A stretch of 64,000 nucleotides of DNA from Chitinophagales bacterium. Its GTDB lineage: Bacteria; Bacteroidota; Bacteroidia; Chitinophagales; LD1. Under the pieces are notes generated by a model that was not told the DNA's origin, ran no database searches, and was given only the letters and a program-made list of their open reading frames with translations. The DNA lies in the NCBI GenBank assembly GCA_046329575.1, contig JAXLUJ010000006.1, forward strand, positions 166,121 to 230,120, written 5' to 3'. The position numbers and the translations under genes were made by a program. Shown here in pieces: positions 41,884 through 50,851 of the stretch. The number at the start of each line of letters is the position of its first letter. The stretch's first letter is position 1.

Positions 41884-42553
41884 CTTCCATTTGTATTTGG
41901 ATGTTGCTGCGTTTATCGCACTTATTTTTGCGTTGTTCCTTTTCTACAAACAAAAAAAAGTTCAAAGTGGCGATGCGGCTCGTTTGCAGCAGGAATTGAA
42001 CTTGTTGCAATCGCAAATCAATCCGCATTTTTTGTTCAACACATTGAACAGCATTTACGCATTGGCATTAAAAAAAAGCGACAGCGCTCCTCAGGCGGTG
42101 CTGAAGCTATCGTCGCTAATGCGCTACACTATTACCGATGCGCGCCAACAGTTAGTTGCGGTGGAAACCGAAGTAAAACAACTTCAGGCTTACATTGATT
42201 TGCAGCGGCTGCGATTAAATGCCAATACCGAAGTGAAATTTGAAGTAAGCGGCGTAACGCATCAAATGATAGCGCCGGTGTTGTTACTGCCTTTCGTGGA
42301 AAACGCCTTCAAGTATGGCGCTGCCGCAGTAGAACAAACTACAATTGCCATAACATTGAAAATGGAACCCGATGGATTGCACTTTACCTGCTGGAACCGC
42401 ATTTTTGACAATCCCGAAGTGCGAAAAGAAAGTTCCGGCCTGGGCATCGAAAATGTGAAGCGGCGCCTGGAGTTGCTTTATGCCGGCAAATATCATCTGG
42501 ATATTCGCCAGATTCCCAGCGATTTTTTTGTAGAATTGAAGATCAATTTATGA
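41876..42553 (+). CDS. Sensor histidine kinase, LytS/YehU-type (His_kinase + HATPase), single N-terminal TM
   Basis: QINPHFLFNTLNSIYAL and LLLPFVENAFKYG. The start overlaps the PuuD-like stop codon (ATGAATAA). Confidence 0.8.
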   Translation: MNNFHLYLDVAAFIALIFALFLFYKQKKVQSGDAARLQQELNLLQSQINPHFLFNTLNSIYALALKKSDSAPQAVLKLSSLMRYTITDARQQLVAVETEVKQLQAYIDLQRLRLNANTEVKFEVSGVTHQMIAPVLLLPFVENAFKYGAAAVEQTTIAITLKMEPDGLHFTCWNRIFDNPEVRKESSGLGIENVKRRLELLYAGKYHLDIRQIPSDFFVELKINL

Positions 42554-43239
42554 TTAAATGCGTTGCCATTGACGACGAACCGCTGGCGCTGGAACTGATG
42601 CGTGAGCATATCAGTTCTAAACCCAGTATTGAACTGATTGCTACTTTTAATAATCCAATTGAAGGCCGCGACTTTTTAAGGGACCATAAAGTGGATCTGC
42701 TTTTCCTGGACATTCAAATGCCGGGCATGACGGGAATCGAACTTTTGAAATCGATTAATGCTCCGGAAGCAGTGATTTTCACTACCGCTTATCCGCAGTA
42801 TGCAGTTACCGGCTATGAACTGAATGCGCTGGACTTCCTGCTTAAGCCCATTGAACCGGAACGATTTGAAAAGGCCGTAACCAAGGCGCTTCAGTATTTT
42901 CAATACACCCGTCAGCTCAGCGGCCGCGAGTTCATATTTGTGAAAAGTGAATATCAGCTCATGAAGATTGATGTGGGTGATATCCGGTACATTGAAGGCC
43001 TGGACGATTATGTGAAAATTTACGTACAGGGTCCACGGCCGATACTTTCGCACATTACTATGAAGGCGTTGCACGAAAAATTGCCTAAAGAAAATTTCAT
43101 AAGGGTGCACCGGTCTTTTATAGTGCCGCTGAGCAAGATCGAATCGGTGCGCAACAAAAAAATCAGAATCGGTGAGAAAGAAATTCCTTTGGGAGAAAGT
43201 TATCAGGAAGAATTTATGCGCATTTTCATGAAAGGCTGA
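42550..43239 (+). CDS. LytTR-family response regulator
   Basis: Receiver domain (CVAIDDEP...DLLFLDIQMPGMTG) plus a LytTR C-terminus (IRYIEGLDDYVKIY...FIRVHRSFIV). Confidence 0.9.
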   Translation: MIKCVAIDDEPLALELMREHISSKPSIELIATFNNPIEGRDFLRDHKVDLLFLDIQMPGMTGIELLKSINAPEAVIFTTAYPQYAVTGYELNALDFLLKPIEPERFEKAVTKALQYFQYTRQLSGREFIFVKSEYQLMKIDVGDIRYIEGLDDYVKIYVQGPRPILSHITMKALHEKLPKENFIRVHRSFIVPLSKIESVRNKKIRIGEKEIPLGESYQEEFMRIFMKG

Positions 43240-43269
43240 CTTATTTCGGAAGTTGTAGGGCTTAGTTGT

Positions 43270-43277
43270 TATTTTTG
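43270..43277 (+). promoter_or_regulatory. Candidate -7 promoter box (TAnnTTTG) implying a leaderless or near-leaderless mRNA
   Basis: TATTTTTG ends 4 nt before the ATG at 43282. Confidence 0.35.
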
Positions 43278-43281
43278 TGCT

Positions 43282-44061
43282 ATGATTAAAAATATACTGC
43301 CTTTAGTTGCAGTGCTCCTATTTGGTTGCAACCATCAGCCGGCTACACCACCGGCAGCGAACCTTCACTTCACTACTAAAACCATTATAAAGAGTACGGG
43401 ACCTTGCAAAGACTCGGTATCGGTTTGTGCCAAAGTAACTTTTGAATTTCCGGTGTTTGAAGGCGAAGATGCCGATAGTTTAAATGCTTTGGTGGCTTTA
43501 AAGATGGGCGCCGGATATCTCGACACGCTTCACCATAGTAACTACAAGGAAGTAGCAGAACAATTCCTTAGTAGCTATGATACTATTTTAAAGCAGATGA
43601 CTGATTATACGCTGCCTTGGGAATGGACGAAGAAGGTGGAAGTGTTTTCGCAATCAAATGGCCTGATAACGTTGCACGTTTATAATTACGATTTTGCAGG
43701 TGGCAATCACGGAAATGAGTATAACGAATATCTTCACTACGATTTGTTGCAACATCGTTCGTTGCATTATACCGATGTGATTGAAACCGGGAAAAGCACC
43801 GCTTTTACTGCTATTGCCGAAAATATTTTTCGGGAGAATTTTCATTTAAAAAAGGATGAGCCCCTGGATAGCGTGGGATTTTTCTTTGACGAAGGAAAGT
43901 TCACCCTTCCTGAAAACTATTGGTTTACCGACACCGGAATTGTTTTTCATTATAACGATTATGAATTGCGATCGCATGCCGAAGGTCCTTATGATTTAAT
44001 GATTCCATATGATGCCTTCGATTCGTTGCGAAAAAAGGCAGCGCCCGAAAAAAATTCCTGA
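43282..44061 (+). CDS. DUF4163/DUF3298 (RsiV/PdaC N-terminal-like) lipoprotein
   Basis: Lipobox VLLFGCN and the characteristic FAGGNHGNEY motif. Confidence 0.7.
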   Translation: MIKNILPLVAVLLFGCNHQPATPPAANLHFTTKTIIKSTGPCKDSVSVCAKVTFEFPVFEGEDADSLNALVALKMGAGYLDTLHHSNYKEVAEQFLSSYDTILKQMTDYTLPWEWTKKVEVFSQSNGLITLHVYNYDFAGGNHGNEYNEYLHYDLLQHRSLHYTDVIETGKSTAFTAIAENIFRENFHLKKDEPLDSVGFFFDEGKFTLPENYWFTDTGIVFHYNDYELRSHAEGPYDLMIPYDAFDSLRKKAAPEKNS

Positions 44062-44138
44062 ACTGAGTTTGAGTTCGTTCACCTTGCTGTATATACTGGC
44101 TTGGTTAGGCGTGAAGAGCAACTTCCGTTTGATGTTGC

Positions 44139-44242
44139 CCCGCGGCAGCGATTGGAGTGGCGCTCCTGAAAGGAGCGGTGCGCAGGGAGGAACGACCGGA
44201 GCACCGAAGCGATAGCGGAGCCACGCAAAGCGCGGGTGCCGC
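44139..44242. repeat. GC-rich interspersed element, reference copy
   Basis: CCGCGGCAGCGATTGGAGTGG, then hairpin CGCTCC-TGAAA-GGAGCG (44161-44177), then ...GGAGCACCGAAGCGATAGCGGAGCCACGCAAAGCGCGGGTGCCGC. Confidence 0.75.
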
Positions 44243-44248
44243 AAAAAT

Positions 44249-44345
44249 AGTTACAAGTGATAAGTTGAAAGTTACAAATTTAAAATGCAAAATTTCCAGA
44301 AGCTGCGCTTTCCACTTTCATCTCTCATCTCTCATCTCTCCACTC
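44249..44345. repeat. Heptamer-block arrays (AAGTTRA type, then inverted CATCTCT/CCACTTT type) abutting the cytochrome c stop codon
   Basis: 44249-44287 and 44308-44345. They are inverted at the module level only, and nucleotide complementarity looks weak by eye. Confidence 0.55.
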
Positions 44346-45335
44346 TTAAAGTTCTTCTTTGTCCCACTGGCGGTTCACTTCGTTTTTGAGGGCGGGAACG
44401 CTGTGCAAATAGGTCCAGATGGCATGAATTTCGGCATCGGTCATTGCATTGTAAGCAGGCATTGGCATGCGAAGCTGACGCTGATTTTTAGAAATACTTT
44501 TACGCATGGCATTGGCGAAATCGGTTTCGGTCCATTTGCCAATTCCGGTTGATTCATCGCAAGTAATATTGGCGGTATAAATCAGGTTTCCGGCAGCAGT
44601 TACCATCGCATTGCCGCCGCCCAAATAACCGCCACTGTGCTCGGGCGTTTGCATGTCCATGCTTTTGAAATCGGCAGAATGACAAGGAAAACAGTCGTAA
44701 CGCGCACAAACCAAATACCGCCCAAAAGCCGCGGCATCATTGCTATCGGGCGTTTCGACAGACGACTTCGGATAATCAACTTTTCTAAAATTATCGGTTT
44801 GACTAAGAAACTTGGTCATCAAACTATAATGCGAAGGTACCGAAGCGATTTCCGACGATTGAACTACGGGATTTTCGGAACGAAGAAAAGTAATGATACC
44901 GCGGAGGTCATCATCGCTCAGCCGCGGATACTTGGGCATGATAGGCGAAAATGTTCCTGAGGGTTTTACACCGGTGCGAAGAAAATAAACCAATTGTTCG
45001 TCGGTCCAGTTACCAATACCATGCGTTTTGCTATGAGTAATATTTGCCGAATACACCTCGCCAAAAATTTCAGGCAGCTCCGTTATTTTCCTTCCGCTTA
45101 GTTTTCCATCGCTACCCATATGACAAACCACACATTGCACGGCGGCAATTTTTTCGCCTTTAGCCAATGATGCAGCATCTTTCACGGAGGTATCAAAATG
45201 AATTTTCTCTACCTCATAAACCGGAAGGCCTCTAAAGTGCAGATAGGCCATCGCACTAATCAAAATCACGGCCACAGCGGCCACCAGCAACAACACCATG
45301 CGTAACCCTTTGTTCATATTACGGATTATTTTCAT
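44346..45335 (-). CDS. Membrane-anchored dihaem c-type cytochrome
   Basis: Two CxxCH motifs (CVVCH, CFPCH) and an N-terminal TM segment. I moved the start to the ATG at 45335 (or 45317), because the track TTG start lies in the ftsZ terminator U-run. Confidence 0.8.
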   Translation of the reverse strand: MKIIRNMNKGLRMVLLLVAAVAVILISAMAYLHFRGLPVYEVEKIHFDTSVKDAASLAKGEKIAAVQCVVCHMGSDGKLSGRKITELPEIFGEVYSANITHSKTHGIGNWTDEQLVYFLRTGVKPSGTFSPIMPKYPRLSDDDLRGIITFLRSENPVVQSSEIASVPSHYSLMTKFLSQTDNFRKVDYPKSSVETPDSNDAAAFGRYLVCARYDCFPCHSADFKSMDMQTPEHSGGYLGGGNAMVTAAGNLIYTANITCDESTGIGKWTETDFANAMRKSISKNQRQLRMPMPAYNAMTDAEIHAIWTYLHSVPALKNEVNRQWDKEEL

Positions 45336-45357
45336 GCAATATAGAAGTCTGCCGAAC

Positions 45358-45386
45358 AAAAAAAAATCCCGGCGTTACCGGGATTT
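45358..45386 (-). terminator. Rho-independent terminator closing the dcw operon after ftsZ
   Basis: The minus strand reads AAATCCCGG-TAACG-CCGGGATTT, with the stem running into a 9-U run. Confidence 0.85.
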
Positions 45387-45393
45387 ATGGGAG

Positions 45394-47100
45394 TTAATCA
45401 ACGTTATCGTGGAGATGTCGGTTATCGCGCCGCATTTCGGGGCGGCCGGTGCTGTAATCTTGCCCGATCGAAAACCTCGACATTTCGGTTTGTTCGCTTG
45501 GCATGCTGGAGTTCACTTCCACACCTTTGCGCATATAAGCAGGTACACTTTCCAGTTCGCTCATTTTCGATTTATTCAGCGAGCGGAAGCTGAGGTTGGC
45601 CAGAATTTTTTTGCGATCCTGCAGCACTTGTTCCTGAGTAGGTTTTGTATTTGAAACGGTGTTGGAGTGTTCATAGCTCTTCACCTTAAACACTTCAAAC
45701 ACTTCTTCTTCTTTTTCTTCACCTTTCAATTTTTCTAATTCAGAAGTGCTTTGTTCGGCAGCGGCGGTTAATGCTTCAATTGAAGGCATTTCTACCACTT
45801 CTTCATTTGTTTTTTCCGGCGTTTCGAATTCGAACACTACTACATTTTCGCGGGTCGTTTCTTCTTCGTTGGAAAGCATGGAGAAGAGCGAATAGCTTTC
45901 TTCTTCAGCCAGCAAGGGCGTTTCTACAGTGGTTTCTGTTTTTGCCAGTGGTGTTTCCAATACTTGTTCCTGCGCCGTTTCCAACGGTTTTACTTCTTCT
46001 TCATCTAACAAAAGTACGTTTGCTTTTGGCGCTTCCACTTTTACCACTTCTGCCACAGGTGCCGAAACGGTTGTAGGTTTCACTTCATCAAGCTCGCGCA
46101 CCACGCGGTTCACCGGTGTGAGGTAAGCCGGTTTGTAAGTAGCTTCAAACCCTGTAGCGATAAGGGTTACAGAAATTTTCTGACCCAGATTTTCATCGTC
46201 GCAGGTTCCGAAAATAATATCGGTATCTTTAGCTACTTCCTGAATATATTCATTGATCTCGGTAATTTCATCGATAGTAACTTGTTCGCTACCTGAAGAA
46301 ATATTCACCAGTATTTTCTTTGCGCCGCGAATATCATTATCGTTCAGCAATGGCGAATTCAATGCTGCTTTTACGGCATTAAGCGCGCGGTTTTCGCCTT
46401 CGGCCACTGCGCTGCCCATAACAGCGGCGCCGCCGTTGGTCATTACGTGTTTCACATCGGCAAAGTCAACGTTGATATATCCGGGAACGGTGATGATTTC
46501 GGAAATACTTTTTGCTGCTGAGGCCAGAATATTGTTGGCATGATTGAAGGCATCGCTTTGGCGGGCATTGCCATACATTTCGCGAATCTTATCATTCGAA
46601 ATCACCAGAATGGTATCTACATGGGCTTTTAGGCGCTCAATGCCTTCCAAGGCCTGATTGTACTTGCGTTTTCCTTCAAACGAAAATGGCGTAGTTACGA
46701 TACCCACGGTGAGGATGCCCATTTCTTTGGCAATGCGGGCTACTACCGGAGCGCCACCGGTTCCGGTGCCGCCGCCCATACCGGCTGTAACAAAAACCAT
46801 TTTGGTATTCTTGGCAAGAATTTCTCTTACCTCTTCAATAGATTCTTCTGTGGCCTGCATTCCGCAATCGGGATTGGATCCGGCGCCCAAACCTTGCGTG
46901 AGTTTAGGGCCCAACTGAATTTTATTGGGAACGCGGCTGAGGTCAATGGCCTGCGAATCGGTATTGCACACCACGAAATTTACGCCAATGATACCTTGAT
47001 TAAACATATGATTTACGGCATTGCTGCCACCGCCGCCAACGCCTATCACTTTGATGATGGAGGATTGATCTTTTGGAAGATCGAACTGTAGATTCGTCAT
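45394..47100 (-). CDS. ftsZ: Cell division GTPase FtsZ with long acidic linker
   Basis: GVGGGGSNAVNHM and GMGGGTGTGGAPV, with a C-terminal conserved peptide region containing VPAYMRKG. Confidence 0.95.
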   Translation of the reverse strand: MTNLQFDLPKDQSSIIKVIGVGGGGSNAVNHMFNQGIIGVNFVVCNTDSQAIDLSRVPNKIQLGPKLTQGLGAGSNPDCGMQATEESIEEVREILAKNTKMVFVTAGMGGGTGTGGAPVVARIAKEMGILTVGIVTTPFSFEGKRKYNQALEGIERLKAHVDTILVISNDKIREMYGNARQSDAFNHANNILASAAKSISEIITVPGYINVDFADVKHVMTNGGAAVMGSAVAEGENRALNAVKAALNSPLLNDNDIRGAKKILVNISSGSEQVTIDEITEINEYIQEVAKDTDIIFGTCDDENLGQKISVTLIATGFEATYKPAYLTPVNRVVRELDEVKPTTVSAPVAEVVKVEAPKANVLLLDEEEVKPLETAQEQVLETPLAKTETTVETPLLAEEESYSLFSMLSNEEETTRENVVVFEFETPEKTNEEVVEMPSIEALTAAAEQSTSELEKLKGEEKEEEVFEVFKVKSYEHSNTVSNTKPTQEQVLQDRKKILANLSFRSLNKSKMSELESVPAYMRKGVEVNSSMPSEQTEMSRFSIGQDYSTGRPEMRRDNRHLHDNVD

Positions 47101-47155
47101 AGCTCCTGTTTTTGTTTTTTAATCGGCCGGGCGAAGGTGAAATGAAATTTTATTC

Positions 47156-48556
47156 TTAATTAAAATCGTTATTAACACTCTCGTCTTCGAACCAGTCTTT
47201 CACATTGGTGAGCAAACCTTTGATCCACGACGTGTTTTTCTTTTTGTGCTGTTCATCGGCAGGCTGCTTGTAAACCGGCTCTGATGTTTGTTCTGCTTCT
47301 ACCAATTCTTGTTCCGGTTCGGCAACAGTTTGCTGTACCGGAATTTCCACAACTTCCTGTACCACCTGTTTTGGTTTGCGGCGGTTTAGTTCGCGCTCTT
47401 GTTCGTTCAGTTCTTCAAACCCTTTTATGATCAAACCGATACCGGTAGCATAAATCGGGTTCTTCAATTCATCTTTGGTACCTTTCGAAAGATATTCTGT
47501 TGGGTATCCGATACGCGCATTCAGTCCGGTTTCAAACTCCATCAATTGCTTGAGATGTTTCATTTGCGAGCCGCCGCCGGTAATTACAATACCGCCGATG
47601 AGCTTATTGGCATATCCGCTGCTGCGGATTTCGAAATACACTTGCTGGATGATCTCTTCCATGCGGGCATGGATGATTTCAGAAAGCGTTTTCATCGAAA
47701 TCTCTTTGCGCTCGCGGCCGTTTATGCCGGGTATAGAAATGATTTCATTCTCATGAGCTTCATTCGGCAAGGCGCTACCGAAGCGAACTTTAAGTTTTTC
47801 CGCTTGCTTTTTCAAAACCATGCAGCCGGTTTTGATGTCTTCGGTAATAATGTTTCCGGCAAACGGAATCACGGCTGTGTGACGGATTATTCCATCCTGG
47901 AAAATGGCGATGTCGGTAGTTCCGCCGCCTATGTCAACTAAGCACACACCGGCTTCCATTTCTTCATCGTTCAAAACCGCTGCTGATGAGGCCAGGGGTT
48001 CCAGGATCAGTCCCAGCATTTCCAGTCCGGCGCGTTCGATACATTTTTTGATGTTTTGAGCAGCGGCCACTTTACCGGTGATGATATGGAAGTTGGCTTC
48101 TAAACGGCTGCCGCACATACCTACCGGCGTTTTAGTAACCGGATTTCCATCCAGGAAAAACTCTTGCGGCAACACATGAATAATTCGCTCGCCGGGCTCC
48201 AGCGCCAAACGGTGCATATTGGCGATCATGGCTTTGATATCGCTATCGGCCACTTCAGTATCCGGATCAGGAAGTGTATAGATATCGCGGTTTTGTTTGC
48301 TGGAAATGTGTTCGCCGGCAATACCAACGTACACCACTTTGATTTCCACGCCCGACTGTCTTTCGGCCTCTGCCACCGCTTCACGAATGGCTTTCACCGT
48401 CATTTCGATGTTCACCACTTCGCCACGGGCCACGCCATACGAATCGGCGCGACCGATGCCAAGGATGTTGAACTTTCCGTATTGATCTTGCTGGGCTACT
48501 ATTGCCGCAATTTTGGTGGTTCCGATGTCGAGTCCTACTACAATGGGTTGCTCCAT
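47156..48556 (-). CDS. ftsA: Cell division protein FtsA
   Basis: Actin-fold motifs VGLDIGTTKIAAIV and DIGGGTTDIAIF. Confidence 0.95.
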   Translation of the reverse strand: MEQPIVVGLDIGTTKIAAIVAQQDQYGKFNILGIGRADSYGVARGEVVNIEMTVKAIREAVAEAERQSGVEIKVVYVGIAGEHISSKQNRDIYTLPDPDTEVADSDIKAMIANMHRLALEPGERIIHVLPQEFFLDGNPVTKTPVGMCGSRLEANFHIITGKVAAAQNIKKCIERAGLEMLGLILEPLASSAAVLNDEEMEAGVCLVDIGGGTTDIAIFQDGIIRHTAVIPFAGNIITEDIKTGCMVLKKQAEKLKVRFGSALPNEAHENEIISIPGINGRERKEISMKTLSEIIHARMEEIIQQVYFEIRSSGYANKLIGGIVITGGGSQMKHLKQLMEFETGLNARIGYPTEYLSKGTKDELKNPIYATGIGLIIKGFEELNEQERELNRRKPKQVVQEVVEIPVQQTVAEPEQELVEAEQTSEPVYKQPADEQHKKKNTSWIKGLLTNVKDWFEDESVNNDFN

Positions 48557-48601
48557 GACTGTGTTATTAAGCGTTTGAGTTTTGAGGTGTATTTTTAAAA
48601 A

Positions 48602-49555
48602 TCAATTTGTTGTTAAACTATCTTTCACTATGGTTGCTGAGGTGAGCGTATCCGGTAAGGTGAGCGCGGCTGCCGGGCGTCTTTCACAAACCACCTGGCC
48701 GTTGTACTTCACATTCACGCGGCTGTATTTTTCCCATCCCATTTTGGCTAGTCCTTCCCGGTAAAAGATTTTAAGGCGATCGAACTTCTCTGCCATTTGC
48801 TCATCGGCTCTGCCAAATTCCACCACATGACCACCCCATTTCGGATGGATGTCTAATTCGCCTCTTACATTCACCGTTACATGATCTACCATGGCATTCA
48901 AAAAAGAATCGGCGCTCACATACTTCGCGAAATGATAGAGCTCGTCCAAAATAATGCTGTCGCCATACAGGTCTTCCCGGGTTTCTACCGTACCAATAGC
49001 TAAAAGAACGTTTGCTGTAAAATTATCTGATAACGGTATGCGCTCGTTCTTATCGGATATATAATAACTCACACCATCGTTGTTAATTACACGAATTAGC
49101 GGCTGCTTCTGGGTTACACTGGCATGAACGATCTGTTGTTGATCGGAATACACTTCGGCATGATCTACATAAGGATTGCGGCGAAGTTCGCGCTCCAATG
49201 TCCTGAAATCCACTGCCGACAAGGGTTTCCCTTCAATTTGACCACCGCTCAATTCATTGATTTTGGCCACCACATCTTCAGCAGAAATGAAGTTGATGCC
49301 GTTTTCGAAGTGCACATCGGCATGTACACCTTTACATACAAGGCCACGTTGTTTCTGCACGGCTGCTGTTAATATCACCACGAAAGCGCCAACACCCAAT
49401 ACGGAGCCGGTAATTACCAGCACTTTTAGCATTATGGTCTTAAATCGTTTCACGTTAAGCGGTAAGGCGCTCCATCGCCTGTTTGATTTTCGGAACCAGT
49501 TTATCAATATCTCCTGCGCCAATGGTAACCACCACTTGCGGTTTAGCTTTTTCAA
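48602..49555 (-). CDS. ftsQ: Cell division protein FtsQ (POTRA-containing)
   Basis: Position in the dcw order, a single TM segment (VLVITGSVLGVGAFVVILTAAV) and a POTRA-like region. The start is uncertain: the longest ORF overlaps murC by 101 nt, and an alternative ATG lies at 49432. Confidence 0.75.
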   Translation of the reverse strand: MKKLNRKWWLPLAQEILINWFRKSNRRWSALPLNVKRFKTIMLKVLVITGSVLGVGAFVVILTAAVQKQRGLVCKGVHADVHFENGINFISAEDVVAKINELSGGQIEGKPLSAVDFRTLERELRRNPYVDHAEVYSDQQQIVHASVTQKQPLIRVINNDGVSYYISDKNERIPLSDNFTANVLLAIGTVETREDLYGDSIILDELYHFAKYVSADSFLNAMVDHVTVNVRGELDIHPKWGGHVVEFGRADEQMAEKFDRLKIFYREGLAKMGWEKYSRVNVKYNGQVVCERRPAAALTLPDTLTSATIVKDSLTTN

Positions 49556-50849
49556 TATGCGAAACTACCTCCTCCTTTTGAACGATCTTTTTTACCGATG
49601 AGGTGGCTTTATCAAGAATCAGTTTGCTGGTAACGCCTTCCATGGGCAGTTCACGGGCCGGATAAATATCAAGCAGCAACAGCTCATCGGCAATGCTTAA
49701 GGTGCTGGCGAATTCAGTTGCAAGATCTTTTGTTCTGGAGAACAGATGCGGCTGAAACACAGCAGTGATCTTGCGTTCAGGATAACGTTCCTTTACCGAT
49801 TCCAGAAAAACACGAATCTCTTCGGGGTGATGGGCATAATCATCAATATACACGCCGTTTTCGTTTTCTACTACTATTTCAAAGCGGCGTTTGATGCCGG
49901 AGAAAGAAGCCAGTCCGTCTTTGATTTCTTCATTGCTTAACTGTAATTCTTTGCAAATGGTAAATGCGGCCAGTGCATTTTCTATATTGTGAAAACCGCC
50001 CACATTCAGCCGGAAACCCACATATTCCTCACCGAAATAACTGATGGTGAAAATGTACCCTTTCTCGGTTACCCAGTATTTTTTGCAGAACACATCGGCA
50101 GTTTCATGATGAAGATCGTAGAAAGCTTTGTCGAGAGTGGGCAATTGCTCTTGAATGCTTTGATCTTGTTTAATCACCAAAAAACCTTCTTCATCAATAC
50201 GACTAGTGAATTCAAGAAAGGCTTCATCGATCTTTTCTTTCGAACCATAAATATCGAGATGATCGGTATCAACGGCAGTAATCACGCCCATGTTAGGTTT
50301 CAACCTATGAAAAGAACGATCGAACTCATCGGCCTCCAACACTACTGCTTCTTTTATCAGTTTGTTCACTGCTTTCGGTTTCGCAACCGGAACCAGATAG
50401 TTAGAGTTGTAATTGGTAGCGATACCTCCTAAAAAGGCATGAACATTTCTTCCGGAATGAATGAGAATATGGGCAATCATTGCGCTTACGGTAGTTTTAC
50501 CATGTGATCCTGCCACTGCAATTGAAAAGTTCTCATTGCTGATTAAACCCAATACCTCACTGCGTTTCATTAAAGGAATTGCACTTTCGCGGTAGCTATT
50601 CCACCCCACATGATCTTTGGGAATTGCCGGTGTGTAAATCACCAGATCCACATCGTTAGGATAGTTGGAAAGCTCGTCTTCAAAAACTATGGGCATTCCT
50701 TCCGCGCGCAATGCATCAGTTAGCGAAGTGGATGTGCGATCATAACCCATTACTTCTTTCCCTTGCATTTTGAAATAACGTGCCAGCGCCGACATTCCGA
50801 TGCCGCCAATTCCGAGAAAAAAAATCCTTTTTACATTTTTCAATTCCAT
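49455..50849 (-). CDS. murC: UDP-N-acetylmuramate--L-alanine ligase
   Basis: FLGIGGIGMSALA and AVAGSHGKTTVSAM, in Mur ligase architecture. Confidence 0.95.
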   Translation of the reverse strand: MELKNVKRIFFLGIGGIGMSALARYFKMQGKEVMGYDRTSTSLTDALRAEGMPIVFEDELSNYPNDVDLVIYTPAIPKDHVGWNSYRESAIPLMKRSEVLGLISNENFSIAVAGSHGKTTVSAMIAHILIHSGRNVHAFLGGIATNYNSNYLVPVAKPKAVNKLIKEAVVLEADEFDRSFHRLKPNMGVITAVDTDHLDIYGSKEKIDEAFLEFTSRIDEEGFLVIKQDQSIQEQLPTLDKAFYDLHHETADVFCKKYWVTEKGYIFTISYFGEEYVGFRLNVGGFHNIENALAAFTICKELQLSNEEIKDGLASFSGIKRRFEIVVENENGVYIDDYAHHPEEIRVFLESVKERYPERKITAVFQPHLFSRTKDLATEFASTLSIADELLLLDIYPARELPMEGVTSKLILDKATSSVKKIVQKEEVVSHIEKAKPQVVVTIGAGDIDKLVPKIKQAMERLTA

Positions 50850-50851
50850 AT

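Noticed and set aside
49455-49555. The 101-nt overlap between the longest ftsQ ORF and the murC 3' end.
   Set aside because: This is probably a start-codon ambiguity (an alternative ATG lies at 49432) rather than a functional overlap. It cannot be resolved from sequence alone.
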